64,000 nt of DNA. Origin: Giardia intestinalis (Eukaryota). The notes under the pieces were generated by a model that saw only the letters and a program-made list of their open reading frames with translations, made no database searches and was not told where the DNA came from. This document shows positions 47,619-57,989 of this stretch, one piece after another; position 1 is the stretch's first letter; each line of letters begins with the position of its first letter. Location of the stretch: assembly GCA_000002435.2 (NCBI GenBank), contig CM018793.1. One strand, written 5' to 3'. The translations under genes and the position numbers were made by a program.

Positions 47619-49646
47619 ATGCTTATATGGACACTACTCTTCTCTGCAGTGGCCCAGCAGGCTGCTCTTCTTGACATATATTTGCGAGGCCAAAAGGCAT
47701 ATGGGGACATCGCTGCGGCCGCAAGTGAGCACAACTGCATAGCAGAGGTGAGCAAGGATATGGTCCCCATGTGCAAGAAAATCCTACTCCAGTCGGACCA
47801 CGAAGCAGAAGGCGAGACCATTCAAAGAATTCTTGCACTGCGATTGACAAACTGCTACCTCGAGATGGCAGGAATGTCTCCAATAAACTGCTCTGTGACT
47901 GGCTGGAAAGGCACTATTTTGGGAAGCTTCGGGGTATCTAAGGCAAAGAGTGTGAGTCGGGCCATGGCAGAATGCCTCAAAAGGATTGGTGAGCAGAACT
48001 CTGGTGCTGCCTTTCAGGTGTTTGTACAGCAGCTAGGGCGCGTCTTTGATATTTGCATGTATCTAGATGCGAAAGACTTCCAGCGACAGTCAGCCGAGGC
48101 GGCAGAAACCCTCCTTAGGTCATCCAAGGACGCGTCTGCTTTGATAACATCGGTTCTCGGAACCGTCCAAGGCAGTTATGAAATTCTTGAGGGGTATGTC
48201 CGTCTGCTTGACACTCTATCCAAAAATCTTACCCGCGTTGAGACTACTGCCCGAGAAGATCAAGACCACATACTACGCTCTTTAATGGCGATTCGTCTGA
48301 GCATGCAAGATGGCGAGAAAGAGCTCAACGACCTAATGCTGCATACTGCATCGCTCCAAGAGCAGGTCTTGCACAAGGTTGACTACTCCGTCACGACTCT
48401 CTATTCTCGTTTAGACACCATCAATGACCAGCTTGAAGTTCTTGGAGAAGGAGCCAAGCAACTCACAGACAACGTGAGTGCAATTTCCCAGAGGCTAGAA
48501 ACGGTAAGCAATGACACAGATGCATTGTCAGAGAAATTCCAGCATCTATCGGAGGCTGTAGATGAGAGCAGAAAGGTGATTGAGGCTAACCAAGAAGCTA
48601 GCAGAGATATCATGGTCAATACGCGATTAGCAATGGAATCTATAGAGCAGCAGGCCAAGAAGCAGGCAAAAACACTATCTAACATAAATAGTGCAGTAGG
48701 CAGCATTAGCAGTGGATTAGGAGGTGATGGCTCCTCAGAGTCATCTTGGAAAAGAGTAGGGCCATTGCAACTGCTATGGAAGCTAGAAAGAGCTGCTCCC
48801 GGTGGAATCCTTTGGTATCTTGCACTGCACATATGTGCACAGACGCTGATTAAGCTAGGAGCCAGCGGGAGACATGCTGTATCAGTAAAGCGTGTTGCTC
48901 TTCTGGTCGTTCTCCTTTCATACGGTGCAGAACTCCTGATAAACACGACACTGAACAAGATCCTGACGGCCATATGGCTTTACGGTTGTGCACCGTTCAT
49001 AGCTTTGTTCGGGCGGGTTGCCGAGTGGTTTCGAATCCGTCGCATTCGGAGATTTCTTTTTCTAAGCTGCGAAGGCAATGAGCCTTGCCTGCGGTCCTAC
49101 GAGTCACAGGTTCGCATCACTCCCGGAATGGGATATAAAGAAATATTCTATGGCTACATGTATGGTTTGTGGGAATCTGACTATGTGGACGTACTGAGTG
49201 CTACGTCCCTGCACAGTAAGTTTGGGTGCTCTAGTGAGACTCACGACTGCTTTTTACAGTACGCCCACGATGTGACCAAGTTCAGCATCAGTTCAGGAGC
49301 TGTTTCTACCGTTGTACGGCTAGTATCATCCGCAGGTCTTGCGCTTTATGTCCTTACAGCGGTGCTTAATATACCACGTCTGCGCTTTCCCTTCGAGAAT
49401 ATATACACAAGCTTTATACAGGAAAGAGATGCAATTGGTGAACCAGCCGCCGGATTACAGCGTCAAAACTTTCGCATTAATGAAGAGACTCTCCGATTGT
49501 CTACCTTGGAAAGTCAGCGCCGCACAGAACCGGGAGTTTCCGACCACTCTGTAGTAGCCGCCAAGAAGGGAAATGTACGTGCTGCACGAAGAGAGTACAC
49601 TCTTGCACACAAAAAGCGTTCCAGAGCGAGCTCGGTCTCTCTGTAA
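47619..49646 (+). CDS. signal-peptide / Cys-containing N-domain / coiled-coil / multi-TM protein (KAR5/GEX1-like candidate)
   Basis: Signal peptide MLIWTLLFSAVAQQAALL. Six Cys in the first 150 aa (HNCIAE, PMCKK, TNCYLE, INCSV, AECLK, DICMY). Coiled coil runs roughly residues 160-370. Three TM segments follow (ILWYLALHICAQTLIKL; VALLVVLLSYGAELLI; ILTAIWLYGCAPFIALFG), then a basic stretch RIRRIRRF and a further hydrophobic helix. Confidence 0.7.
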   Translation: MLIWTLLFSAVAQQAALLDIYLRGQKAYGDIAAAASEHNCIAEVSKDMVPMCKKILLQSDHEAEGETIQRILALRLTNCYLEMAGMSPINCSVTGWKGTILGSFGVSKAKSVSRAMAECLKRIGEQNSGAAFQVFVQQLGRVFDICMYLDAKDFQRQSAEAAETLLRSSKDASALITSVLGTVQGSYEILEGYVRLLDTLSKNLTRVETTAREDQDHILRSLMAIRLSMQDGEKELNDLMLHTASLQEQVLHKVDYSVTTLYSRLDTINDQLEVLGEGAKQLTDNVSAISQRLETVSNDTDALSEKFQHLSEAVDESRKVIEANQEASRDIMVNTRLAMESIEQQAKKQAKTLSNINSAVGSISSGLGGDGSSESSWKRVGPLQLLWKLERAAPGGILWYLALHICAQTLIKLGASGRHAVSVKRVALLVVLLSYGAELLINTTLNKILTAIWLYGCAPFIALFGRVAEWFRIRRIRRFLFLSCEGNEPCLRSYESQVRITPGMGYKEIFYGYMYGLWESDYVDVLSATSLHSKFGCSSETHDCFLQYAHDVTKFSISSGAVSTVVRLVSSAGLALYVLTAVLNIPRLRFPFENIYTSFIQERDAIGEPAAGLQRQNFRINEETLRLSTLESQRRTEPGVSDHSVVAAKKGNVRAARREYTLAHKKRSRASSVSL

Positions 49647-49674
49647 CCAAATCTAAATCAAGAGCCATTAAAAA

Positions 49675-50475
49675 ATGGGGTCCTCTGCATCTCTTGCCAA
49701 GGCATTTAAAATTAACAGTGGGGGATATAATACGTACGAGCAGTTTATTAGCGCTGTTAGAGATGCTAAAATAGAGTGTGCTCGCTTTGTGGTGGCTGTT
49801 GATTTCAGCCGGTCCAACATTAGTAGGGGTCAGAAGGACCCCAAAAGGGGCGCAAGCCTTCATAGCTCGAAGGACATATATGGGAATGTAATCCCAAACG
49901 ATTATAGATACGCTCTAGAGAAGCTCATCGAGGTCATACAGCTCTTTGACTCTGAAACAGAGATCAAGTTCCTCACCTTCGGGATGAAAAAGAAGCTGAC
50001 CGCCGAGCAGATCTCTGTCGATGACCTTGTAAAGCATTATGATGTCATGACTGCAGAGTTCTTTTCACGGATTGAAGCCAACGCAGAAGCGGAGAGCAGC
50101 ACCATCGCCCCAGTTATATATGAAACAATCAAGGACACAGTGAAAAATAAGGACTACCAGATTCTCATTATCCTCACGGATGGAGACCTCACAGATATCG
50201 GTCGAGATGCACAGGCTATCATAGACGCCAGTAACTTCTCCATTTCCATAATTGCACTAGGCATCGGAATCGGGCCTTTCACATCTTACAGCGAGTTTGA
50301 TAACGTCCTTTTCCAGAGAAGATTTGATAACTTTAATTTTGTCAATTTATCAGAACTTCTACGAACAAAGGAGCGAGCAGACGAACCACCCTTGAATGCA
50401 CGGGATTTTGCAAGAATAATCTTATCAGAATGCCCCGCCCAGTATCGCGACATCCGGGAGTTGAACATAGTTTAG
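49675..50475 (+). CDS. copine-type vWA (A-domain) protein with N-myristoylation motif, no C2 domains
   Basis: MGSSASL fits M-G-x-x-x-S. FVVAVDFSRSNISRG...DP..SLH...NDY..ALEKLIEVIQLFDSETEIKFLTFG and YQILIILTDGDLTDIGRDAQAIIDASNFSISIIALGIGIGPFTSYSEFDN...RFDNFNFVNL match the copine A-domain consensus (IDFTgSNg...LH; LLIiTDG.ItD...T..aIv.AS.LPlSIIiVGVG...F..M..LD). Confidence 0.8.
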   Translation: MGSSASLAKAFKINSGGYNTYEQFISAVRDAKIECARFVVAVDFSRSNISRGQKDPKRGASLHSSKDIYGNVIPNDYRYALEKLIEVIQLFDSETEIKFLTFGMKKKLTAEQISVDDLVKHYDVMTAEFFSRIEANAEAESSTIAPVIYETIKDTVKNKDYQILIILTDGDLTDIGRDAQAIIDASNFSISIIALGIGIGPFTSYSEFDNVLFQRRFDNFNFVNLSELLRTKERADEPPLNARDFARIILSECPAQYRDIRELNIV

Positions 50476-50527
50476 TAAGAAGCTGAGATTTAAATGTATT
50501 TTTTAGGGACCGCGTGTAATTCTTGCC

Positions 50528-52342
50528 ATGCATTCTGCCGGCTTCCACGTACAGGACCCAGCTGTATCTTCGCAACGGTTTGTCCCAATGCCTCTCAAGT
50601 TCATCGAGAAGGCTATTGGGCAGCACGAAGTTTCGTTGGGAGCAGACCAGGGCCTTTTTAAGATTACCATCGCAGACCAGGACTCGACGTGTCTGACATC
50701 CGATGCTCCTCGTCCCACGTGTTATGTCACGTCCCCCGAACTGGTGCGTGATGCTCTTTCTGGACCGCTTCTCGGACCCGCGGAATTGTCTAAATGCTTT
50801 GTTGTCGGAATGCACAACCATGGCGTTACATGCTATGTTAATGCATGCATCCAGATGTTACAGGCTAGCGTCCATGCAATGAAGTTGCTTATCAGCACGC
50901 AATATCGCGGACTACTCGCAAAGGATCAGCTTTCTCGTGCTGTTTTCAGCACCCTTGACGATCTCCGTGATGCAGCCAGGAGCTCTCACAGGAGCTCCGG
51001 TGCGTCGTATGGGACGATGTATCCTAAGCAAATCATCAACCAACTGCCGCGCTTTCACATGTCTCCGTACTCAATGGGCGATGCTTATGAGCTTCTTCTG
51101 CTGATCCTGGACAATATTTCCACTGCAGAAATCCGAGTAGCCAGGGCAGATGAGTACGTTCCCCCAAATCGCGACACAACAGCGATTGATCAGCTATTCG
51201 GGCAGCTACAACGAACAACAATTTCCTGCAGCACATGCAAAAAGGATACTATCAGCTACTCTTTGACACGGTCCCTCCAGCTTCCTCTGAACACCTCGCT
51301 CTATGGGGCGATGAAGAAGTATTTTAGGGGCAGCGAGGTGGACGGATATCGATGTGAAAAGTGTGGACAGAAGACAAAGATATCTATGGTTCAGAACATA
51401 TGTAATACACCAACGATTGCCCTTTTCTGCATTTCGCGGTGGGACAGCTATGGAATGAAGAACTCTCAGCCATGTGCGTGTCCGCTGGAGCTTGACATGT
51501 CTCGAGGTCTGTCACGGGATATAGTTGAGCCTCTTGCTCCAAAGCATAGCAAACAGAAGAAGCACGGTAAGCAGAGGGGTTCGTTGGCAAGCATGCTAGC
51601 CAACCCTGACAAACATATTGGCGCCCCATCCACTGTGACTCATCGGCTTGTTGCAATGATAAATCACCACGGTTCTACCATGAATTCGGGCCACTATACC
51701 GCGTTTGTTCGAGATGTCACCTCGGGGGTCTGGTACCTTGTGGATGACTCGATAGTCACGCGGGCATCTGAGGCAGAAGTTTCAGCAGGAACCGATGCAT
51801 ACGTGCTACTGTACGAAAAAGCAGACATATCTGTAAGAGGGGCTGCTGTAGCTCACGAAGTTATTGCATCTGTACATGAGGACGAGGAGATCTTAAGTTC
51901 CCTACCCTCCTCAGCTCAGCAGAATACAAAGAAGACGTCAACTGTTGCGGCTAGCAGCATTGTAGAAGGCAACAATCCAGTTGACACACCCCCTAGGAGG
52001 AGTTCTAAGATGTGTACCGATCCAAGTTCACTTGAGAAAGTCCTCTATCCAAACAAAGTGGAAACATGGACCGGCGAGGACCTTCCACCAGAAATATTGA
52101 CAGCCAAAGCACCGAATGGAGAACTTGCACTGGTAAGCGACTACTTGCATAGAGGTCCCGATGAGATGGACGCCGAAATTGATCGAGGTAGGCGTCGGAA
52201 AACTAAAGCTATCAGAGAAGAGAACCACCGGCAACACACGCTCGAGGCAAGAAAGAAAAAACACGAGCGGACGCAGCAGTGGAAGAAAAGGATTGCTTCG
52301 CGTACGATAGTTAATATATTTAAGAGAATACGCAAGCAGTAG
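50528..52342 (+). CDS. ubiquitin carboxyl-terminal hydrolase (USP/UBP family deubiquitinase)
   Basis: Cys box GMHNHGVTCYVNACIQML and His box GHYTAFVRDVTSGVWYLVDDSIVT are both present. A basic C-terminal tail follows. Confidence 0.85.
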   Translation: MHSAGFHVQDPAVSSQRFVPMPLKFIEKAIGQHEVSLGADQGLFKITIADQDSTCLTSDAPRPTCYVTSPELVRDALSGPLLGPAELSKCFVVGMHNHGVTCYVNACIQMLQASVHAMKLLISTQYRGLLAKDQLSRAVFSTLDDLRDAARSSHRSSGASYGTMYPKQIINQLPRFHMSPYSMGDAYELLLLILDNISTAEIRVARADEYVPPNRDTTAIDQLFGQLQRTTISCSTCKKDTISYSLTRSLQLPLNTSLYGAMKKYFRGSEVDGYRCEKCGQKTKISMVQNICNTPTIALFCISRWDSYGMKNSQPCACPLELDMSRGLSRDIVEPLAPKHSKQKKHGKQRGSLASMLANPDKHIGAPSTVTHRLVAMINHHGSTMNSGHYTAFVRDVTSGVWYLVDDSIVTRASEAEVSAGTDAYVLLYEKADISVRGAAVAHEVIASVHEDEEILSSLPSSAQQNTKKTSTVAASSIVEGNNPVDTPPRRSSKMCTDPSSLEKVLYPNKVETWTGEDLPPEILTAKAPNGELALVSDYLHRGPDEMDAEIDRGRRRKTKAIREENHRQHTLEARKKKHERTQQWKKRIASRTIVNIFKRIRKQ

Positions 52343-52374
52343 CGTCCCAACATCTAAGGATCTTATGGGGAGGG

Positions 52375-52767
52375 CTATCGCAAAGGGTCGTTCAACAGTT
52401 CTCTTGGTGGGGTTTTATCAGTACTACCTGCGCCTGGGCTCTGTTTGGCGTATGACGGTGCTTGTGCTTCTCTGCCTTTCATTGGCTCTATGCCCTTGAA
52501 AATACTCAAATCCATTTGAGCAAAGGCCTTCCTGTTATCGAATACAAGTGTAAATGACTCTGCGGCGGTATTTTCCAGAACCTTATGAAAGTCTTCTTTG
52601 GCCGCGTTGGGCTTGTTCATTAACTGGTCTAGTTTATTTAGAGATAGTAGCTGGTTCCCCAGCTCTTTTGTAAAGTAGTGGAACGCTGGATTGTGGGCAT
52701 GCTCTAACGAAGACTTTATGTTAATAAGAGACGAGCGCAAGGCTTTAATTTCTCTACTAATCTCCAT
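52375..52767 (-). CDS. hypothetical small helical protein (130 aa)
   Basis: ATG at 52767. No recognisable motif. Convergent with the USP gene across a 32-bp gap. Confidence 0.45.
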   Translation of the reverse strand: MEISREIKALRSSLINIKSSLEHAHNPAFHYFTKELGNQLLSLNKLDQLMNKPNAAKEDFHKVLENTAAESFTLVFDNRKAFAQMDLSIFKGIEPMKGREAQAPSYAKQSPGAGSTDKTPPRELLNDPLR

Positions 52768-52858
52768 GCACAGAACTACTCTCGCTCTAGTACGCTCTTA
52801 GGACAGAAAGTGAACAGCAGAGACTCTGGCTGTTTTCCAGGGGACTCAAAAATAAATC

Positions 52859-55800
52859 ATGAATTTAGTACATCCGTCAATCAAGCCACTGGCATATGCT
52901 TTAATCGATCAATCATTCGCAGACAAATGTTCGCAGATATGCAGTGGGTCTGCACTGTTATTTGCTCTGTGTGGTACAAGCAAACTTTTCTTTTTTCAGA
53001 GGCCTGAGATTAACGAGGAGCTTCTTAACAACGATGAAGCGGTTACAGGTTCCCCTTTGCTAGCACTAAAACTACCGTGCATGGCTGATGCTGCCACCAT
53101 TGTTTGGCCCTATTGCGTGCTCCTAAACGAGCGAACAGTCTCTATTCTATCAATTAATGTCAGTGACACAAACGTCACGTTGAAAAGCGTCTCTACTATA
53201 CGCCTCCACCATTCAGCTGCGCACCTCGTGGGCCAGAAGCTTCCAGAAGGGTGCATATTTATGGCGTACTCGTCCATCGGTATGTACACGATCTTCAAAG
53301 GAGATACTATACTTGCACATGCTTCTATTCTCAACCCTATTCTAGGTTGCTATTTTTGGAACGATCTTCTGGCTATCATTGGTCCAGCGGAGATAAGACT
53401 CTACGGAAAGCTCACCGATCTCTATTCTGGAAACACCGAGGGAAAATTAGAGTGCTTTGCGACTTACTCATTCGCAACCATTATCCCCACACCTATACGT
53501 TCTCCGATAAACGTACAGTTTCATCCATCAAATGAGTCCAAAGAATTATACGTGATAATAGGTAACAACTTGTTACTACTTGACGCTAACCAGTTGAGGG
53601 AAATTTCTTATGCCAAAGAACTTTTCCCTGATGAGACCCCCCAGATTCGCGGTCTTTCCTTCATTCAGAGCTGGGCAGAACAGGACATGCTCCTTGCCCA
53701 CACCGAAGATACAATGATTGTTTCTACTGTTACACACATGCGTCCACTGCTAAAGCTTAGCGCTGATGGTGACATGTCAGTTACTTTCTCTGCAGCCGTT
53801 GCAGATGATCTTCTGCTCTGCATTTCGCGGACAACAGGTGCCTTCTATATCCCCACCTTTCAGCCGCTACCGAATATTCTCTCAGAAAACAGCCTTAAGG
53901 AGCTGGATTATGTCTACACTGATAACCTTATTCTTTCAGACACTATATATGGCACGTTTATTACAGCTCCTGACCTGCCACTGCACTATGTTTTAATAAC
54001 GGAAAATGAATCGGTTCTACTTTGTGAAACGCCCAATGTCAACGCAGAATTTCTCGGATCCATGGTTCTCCGTGATACAGAAGGTGTCAGCGTCTTATCT
54101 GCAGGACAGCTTGTTATTTGTGAACGGAATATCTACTGCCGAGGCTATTGGCAGTACCCTATGCAGGAGCCCACCAGAGACACTGTTCAACAAGTCTATG
54201 CACTCGAGGGCAATCATGCAGCACCGACCGACTACTACTTATTTGTTACAAACAATCAGCTCGTTGTCTACAGAATCATCTTTATAGAAGTAGATGATGG
54301 AGGTGGCAAGCAACCAAGTCTCAAACTCATCACACAAATAGACATCCCGCATAGCTACGGTCATGGCATGGTTGTTCACAACATGGTCAGCAAAATAGTG
54401 TATGAAGAGATAGATATCATCTCTATAGCCCTGCAATCAGACGAGAAGGGCCAGATACTCGACTTCCCGTGCGCATGGGACCCCGTCTCTGAAACGTATA
54501 ACTTTATGGAGCCTAATAGCCTGGACAACTTTCAATTCCCCCGTATACTGACAGAAAAAAGCATGAATAGGATGCTCTATGGCTTTCCGAACAACTCCGA
54601 TGTTGCGTTCTTTGTCTCTACGCTAAACGGAGAGGTCCTGTTTAGATATTCTAACCCCGACTCCAAGTCCTTCGACAGTAGATGCGTAGCAGAGCACATA
54701 GATGTGAGTAATAGCGGTGAAACAGATATCCTCATCCAGCTTAAGGACAAGGCTGACAAGATCCCCATATGCTGTCAGTTCTTCTGTGACAACCTTCTCT
54801 GCATGATGAAGCTGTCCCACACTCTCATCGTGTTTGACTTCCAAACGTTTCAGCAGAAGGTCTATGAGCTTCGGGAGATTGTGTGCACAGTAACGGATGC
54901 CAAGATGGACATCAAGTCGTTGGGTGTGCCAAAGGCAATCATGCAAACAAGCGATCGTTTGGTAGTCTTTATAGGCTCTAATCTCTACTATGTCAGCTGG
55001 TCAGAAACGGATGGGTATTACGATCTATACTACATTTATTCTCAACCAATCCTAGGGATACATCGTATCAACTCTGTGGCTACTCGGTTTGTTGCTCTAA
55101 GCTCCTTCAATGAAAAGGTCTGCTTCTTCGAACTTTCGATAGCTCAATCCAGCAACGGTCTTTTCTTTGAGGACAAGTGGACATTTGAAGGTCATCATCT
55201 ATTTATCGATGACATCAACGATCGCGTGCAAGACATAGACATCCAGATGCAGACAGTTCAGGTCTTTCAAGCCGCCAACACGATGCTGCTGTATCTCCCC
55301 AAAAAACAACAGATTCTAACCTACAGTGTCACCACAAAGGCTAGAGAGATGGACCTAACAAGCCTGGATGTCCCAGCTGATGACGCAGGTGGGAATCTTT
55401 GCAATATCCTCATGAAGAGGCGAAAGTATCGCAAAGTACAAATTAATCTGGAAGCAATCAATCACATACACAAATATGAGCATCAATTTGTTCACCTACA
55501 CTTCTTCAGTACACAAAACCCAAGGCTTATGTCAACTATTTTCAAGCACCTTGACCTGAACTTGCCTGAGATAATGAAGCTCCATGACTCTAGCACCAAC
55601 CAACGCGTTCAGACGGAACTTACTGTGTTGCAGGACGCGCTTTCGCGCGGAGAAGACCTCAGTCAGAAGAGTGCTATCCTCTATGGCGTCTTTGGGTATT
55701 GTAGCAGGGCTCGACGGCTCTTTCTTCTGGCGCTTTTTCTAGATTGCGTGGCATGTCCCTTCTTGTTTTTAAAGGATAAGAGCTTTGAATACGCACGAGA

Positions 55801-56548
55801 CTTGAGCATGCAAGATTGCAAAGGCTACATGACTGCAATTAAAAAGGATCCCGCATTCATATTTCTTCAGACCTCTGCTCGGAATTGCTCTCCTGAGCTC
55901 AGCGAAATCACTTCAGGACAAACAGAAGTACTTGACAGTTGTCAGATTAACGACAAGGTTATTGTTTTTACCTCTGCGGGGCACTGTTATATGTACGAGT
56001 TGATTGAAAACCCCACCTTGAACAACCACGGGGGTGGCTCTAAGCAAGCACTTTCGCTCGTGACTGATTTGATAACCTTCCGCCTTAATAGCCACGTAGA
56101 TGTTTGTGGATTGGTGCGTACTTGCGCGACTGGAAACCCGTCATTGGTTTGTGTTGGTAAGCCGGCCGTCGCCTTGCCAAATGCATCCACTGATCCACTG
56201 ATCAATTACAGCATACACAGTCTCCATCTTATCTTACGCATAGCAGATGGCTACTATCTCCTCATTGTGGACTTTTATGATACATTGCACACAGCAACGT
56301 ACAGCTCACTGACGCCGCTCTTGTGTGCAAAGCCCACAGCCATGCTCATTCTAAAAGATTACGCAGTCATAGCCTGGAAGAACAAAATCCTACTTCTACA
56401 CCTCCCAGAGGCTGTTCTGCTCAAGACGTACATCGTTTCAAATGAAGTACTCAATGTGCACTATTCTGGGGGATACATTATAATCTTTACTATGGAGGGG
56501 AAGATATGGCGGTTAAACCTTCTCGATGACAAGTCACTTGAAAACTAA
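52859..56548 (+). CDS. hypothetical large protein (1,229 aa)
   Basis: ATG at 52859. Uninterrupted ORF with mixed beta-rich composition. No confident domain call. Confidence 0.7.
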   Translation: MNLVHPSIKPLAYALIDQSFADKCSQICSGSALLFALCGTSKLFFFQRPEINEELLNNDEAVTGSPLLALKLPCMADAATIVWPYCVLLNERTVSILSINVSDTNVTLKSVSTIRLHHSAAHLVGQKLPEGCIFMAYSSIGMYTIFKGDTILAHASILNPILGCYFWNDLLAIIGPAEIRLYGKLTDLYSGNTEGKLECFATYSFATIIPTPIRSPINVQFHPSNESKELYVIIGNNLLLLDANQLREISYAKELFPDETPQIRGLSFIQSWAEQDMLLAHTEDTMIVSTVTHMRPLLKLSADGDMSVTFSAAVADDLLLCISRTTGAFYIPTFQPLPNILSENSLKELDYVYTDNLILSDTIYGTFITAPDLPLHYVLITENESVLLCETPNVNAEFLGSMVLRDTEGVSVLSAGQLVICERNIYCRGYWQYPMQEPTRDTVQQVYALEGNHAAPTDYYLFVTNNQLVVYRIIFIEVDDGGGKQPSLKLITQIDIPHSYGHGMVVHNMVSKIVYEEIDIISIALQSDEKGQILDFPCAWDPVSETYNFMEPNSLDNFQFPRILTEKSMNRMLYGFPNNSDVAFFVSTLNGEVLFRYSNPDSKSFDSRCVAEHIDVSNSGETDILIQLKDKADKIPICCQFFCDNLLCMMKLSHTLIVFDFQTFQQKVYELREIVCTVTDAKMDIKSLGVPKAIMQTSDRLVVFIGSNLYYVSWSETDGYYDLYYIYSQPILGIHRINSVATRFVALSSFNEKVCFFELSIAQSSNGLFFEDKWTFEGHHLFIDDINDRVQDIDIQMQTVQVFQAANTMLLYLPKKQQILTYSVTTKAREMDLTSLDVPADDAGGNLCNILMKRRKYRKVQINLEAINHIHKYEHQFVHLHFFSTQNPRLMSTIFKHLDLNLPEIMKLHDSSTNQRVQTELTVLQDALSRGEDLSQKSAILYGVFGYCSRARRLFLLALFLDCVACPFLFLKDKSFEYARDLSMQDCKGYMTAIKKDPAFIFLQTSARNCSPELSEITSGQTEVLDSCQINDKVIVFTSAGHCYMYELIENPTLNNHGGGSKQALSLVTDLITFRLNSHVDVCGLVRTCATGNPSLVCVGKPAVALPNASTDPLINYSIHSLHLILRIADGYYLLIVDFYDTLHTATYSSLTPLLCAKPTAMLILKDYAVIAWKNKILLLHLPEAVLLKTYIVSNEVLNVHYSGGYIIIFTMEGKIWRLNLLDDKSLEN

Positions 56549-57980
56549 AAAATCACTGAGCAGCCGGATGGATGGGCTCACACAGCCGTTCACCGACCAG
56601 CCAATGGAGGTCATGACCGATGAGCAGCTCAAGGAAATACATGAAAAGAAGATCATCGACGCAATCAACGGCTCCATTTTTGGACTTGCCAAAGTGGTCA
56701 AGGAAACTCAGCACATCGAAGTCCCAGTGGCCACTCTGGATCAGGGGTTGCCTCTGAAGCCGTCAAGCGTCCTTGCAACCCTTATGATGTTCTACAACAC
56801 AGCATATCTCCTTCCCTTGTCCAAAGTTATCGATGACATCCCCCCGCAATTTAAAGCGCTTTTCAGCGAGCATTACGCCGAAAAGTATCAATATATCCTC
56901 AATATCTATGCTCAATACGGTATTTTGAAAGAGTTCCTAGCCGATTGCAAGTATCCGGGCTTTTCCTTTACTGACATCTTTATGCCTGCATTCAAGCGCT
57001 ACAAAGCCCAGCTGCACAATATCTCTGAATTTTTATGGTTCCGTGAGGCGGTAATTGAAATCCTTCACTCAGCCCTAACAGAATACAAAACTGCGTACAC
57101 TCAAAATAAGCCTGTTTTGGAATCTGCATCAGCCCTTAAGCTAGGAATTAGTCGCATAACAGATGAAACTGTAAAGCTCCGGGAGACGGCCTCTCAGCTG
57201 CCATCGCGGATCGATCCCCTTATTCAACGATACAACAGAGCACTCGAGAGCCAACAACGTCTTGATAAGGAAAATAGCGAGTTCACCAACCGGATACTTG
57301 TGCTGACTAACGAACTAGTTGAGCTGGAAGGTCAAGTCAAGAAGAAAACCGAAGAATATGAATCTGAAAAAAGCACTCTAATCACTAAAAAACAAAACGA
57401 TGCCGTTCTTCAGGACATACAAGCTGCTGAGGCCTTAGGAAATGACCTGAGAACTCAGTGCGATGCTCTCTTATCATCGATCAATATTTTTGAGCAGCAC
57501 AACAATGATCTTCTGGGGATAACCGACAAGATAACCGAACTGATTGACACAGCTGATCAATATAGTAGCTCCAGTGACAATCTGCAGGCACAGTTGGAGA
57601 GCCTACAGGTAATGAAGGATACCGTTAATACCCTGGACGCGCAGATTAATGCATCCAAACAAGAAATAGAGAATATGAACAATGCAATGCAGTATGGATC
57701 TGCCGTAGAGCAAGAACAGGACAACCCTAGTCTTCGCGCAGATGAAGAGGAGCTTCGGCGACTCACCGAAGATTGCGAAGGCCTGGAAGCCACATATGCT
57801 AAGAAGCTCAGTCAGGTTAGAGCCCTACAGCAAGAAATCAATGACGAGAATGCAAAAATAACCAGGGTGAGAGTGGATACCGCTGAAAAGATCGACCAGC
57901 TGTCTGACAAGGCCAATGAAATGATGTCAATGTTTGTAGCGCAACTCACAGGAATGATAAGCAAGCTCAGCTCCATGTAA
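56526..57980 (+). CDS. coiled-coil protein with N-terminal globular domain
   Basis: ATG at 56526 overlaps the upstream stop by 23 nt; alternative in-frame ATGs exist at Met15 and Met27. An N-terminal roughly 180-aa globular part is followed by a roughly 300-aa heptad coiled coil. Confidence 0.65.
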   Translation: MTSHLKTKKSLSSRMDGLTQPFTDQPMEVMTDEQLKEIHEKKIIDAINGSIFGLAKVVKETQHIEVPVATLDQGLPLKPSSVLATLMMFYNTAYLLPLSKVIDDIPPQFKALFSEHYAEKYQYILNIYAQYGILKEFLADCKYPGFSFTDIFMPAFKRYKAQLHNISEFLWFREAVIEILHSALTEYKTAYTQNKPVLESASALKLGISRITDETVKLRETASQLPSRIDPLIQRYNRALESQQRLDKENSEFTNRILVLTNELVELEGQVKKKTEEYESEKSTLITKKQNDAVLQDIQAAEALGNDLRTQCDALLSSINIFEQHNNDLLGITDKITELIDTADQYSSSSDNLQAQLESLQVMKDTVNTLDAQINASKQEIENMNNAMQYGSAVEQEQDNPSLRADEEELRRLTEDCEGLEATYAKKLSQVRALQQEINDENAKITRVRVDTAEKIDQLSDKANEMMSMFVAQLTGMISKLSSM

Positions 57981-57989
57981 TCATGTAAA

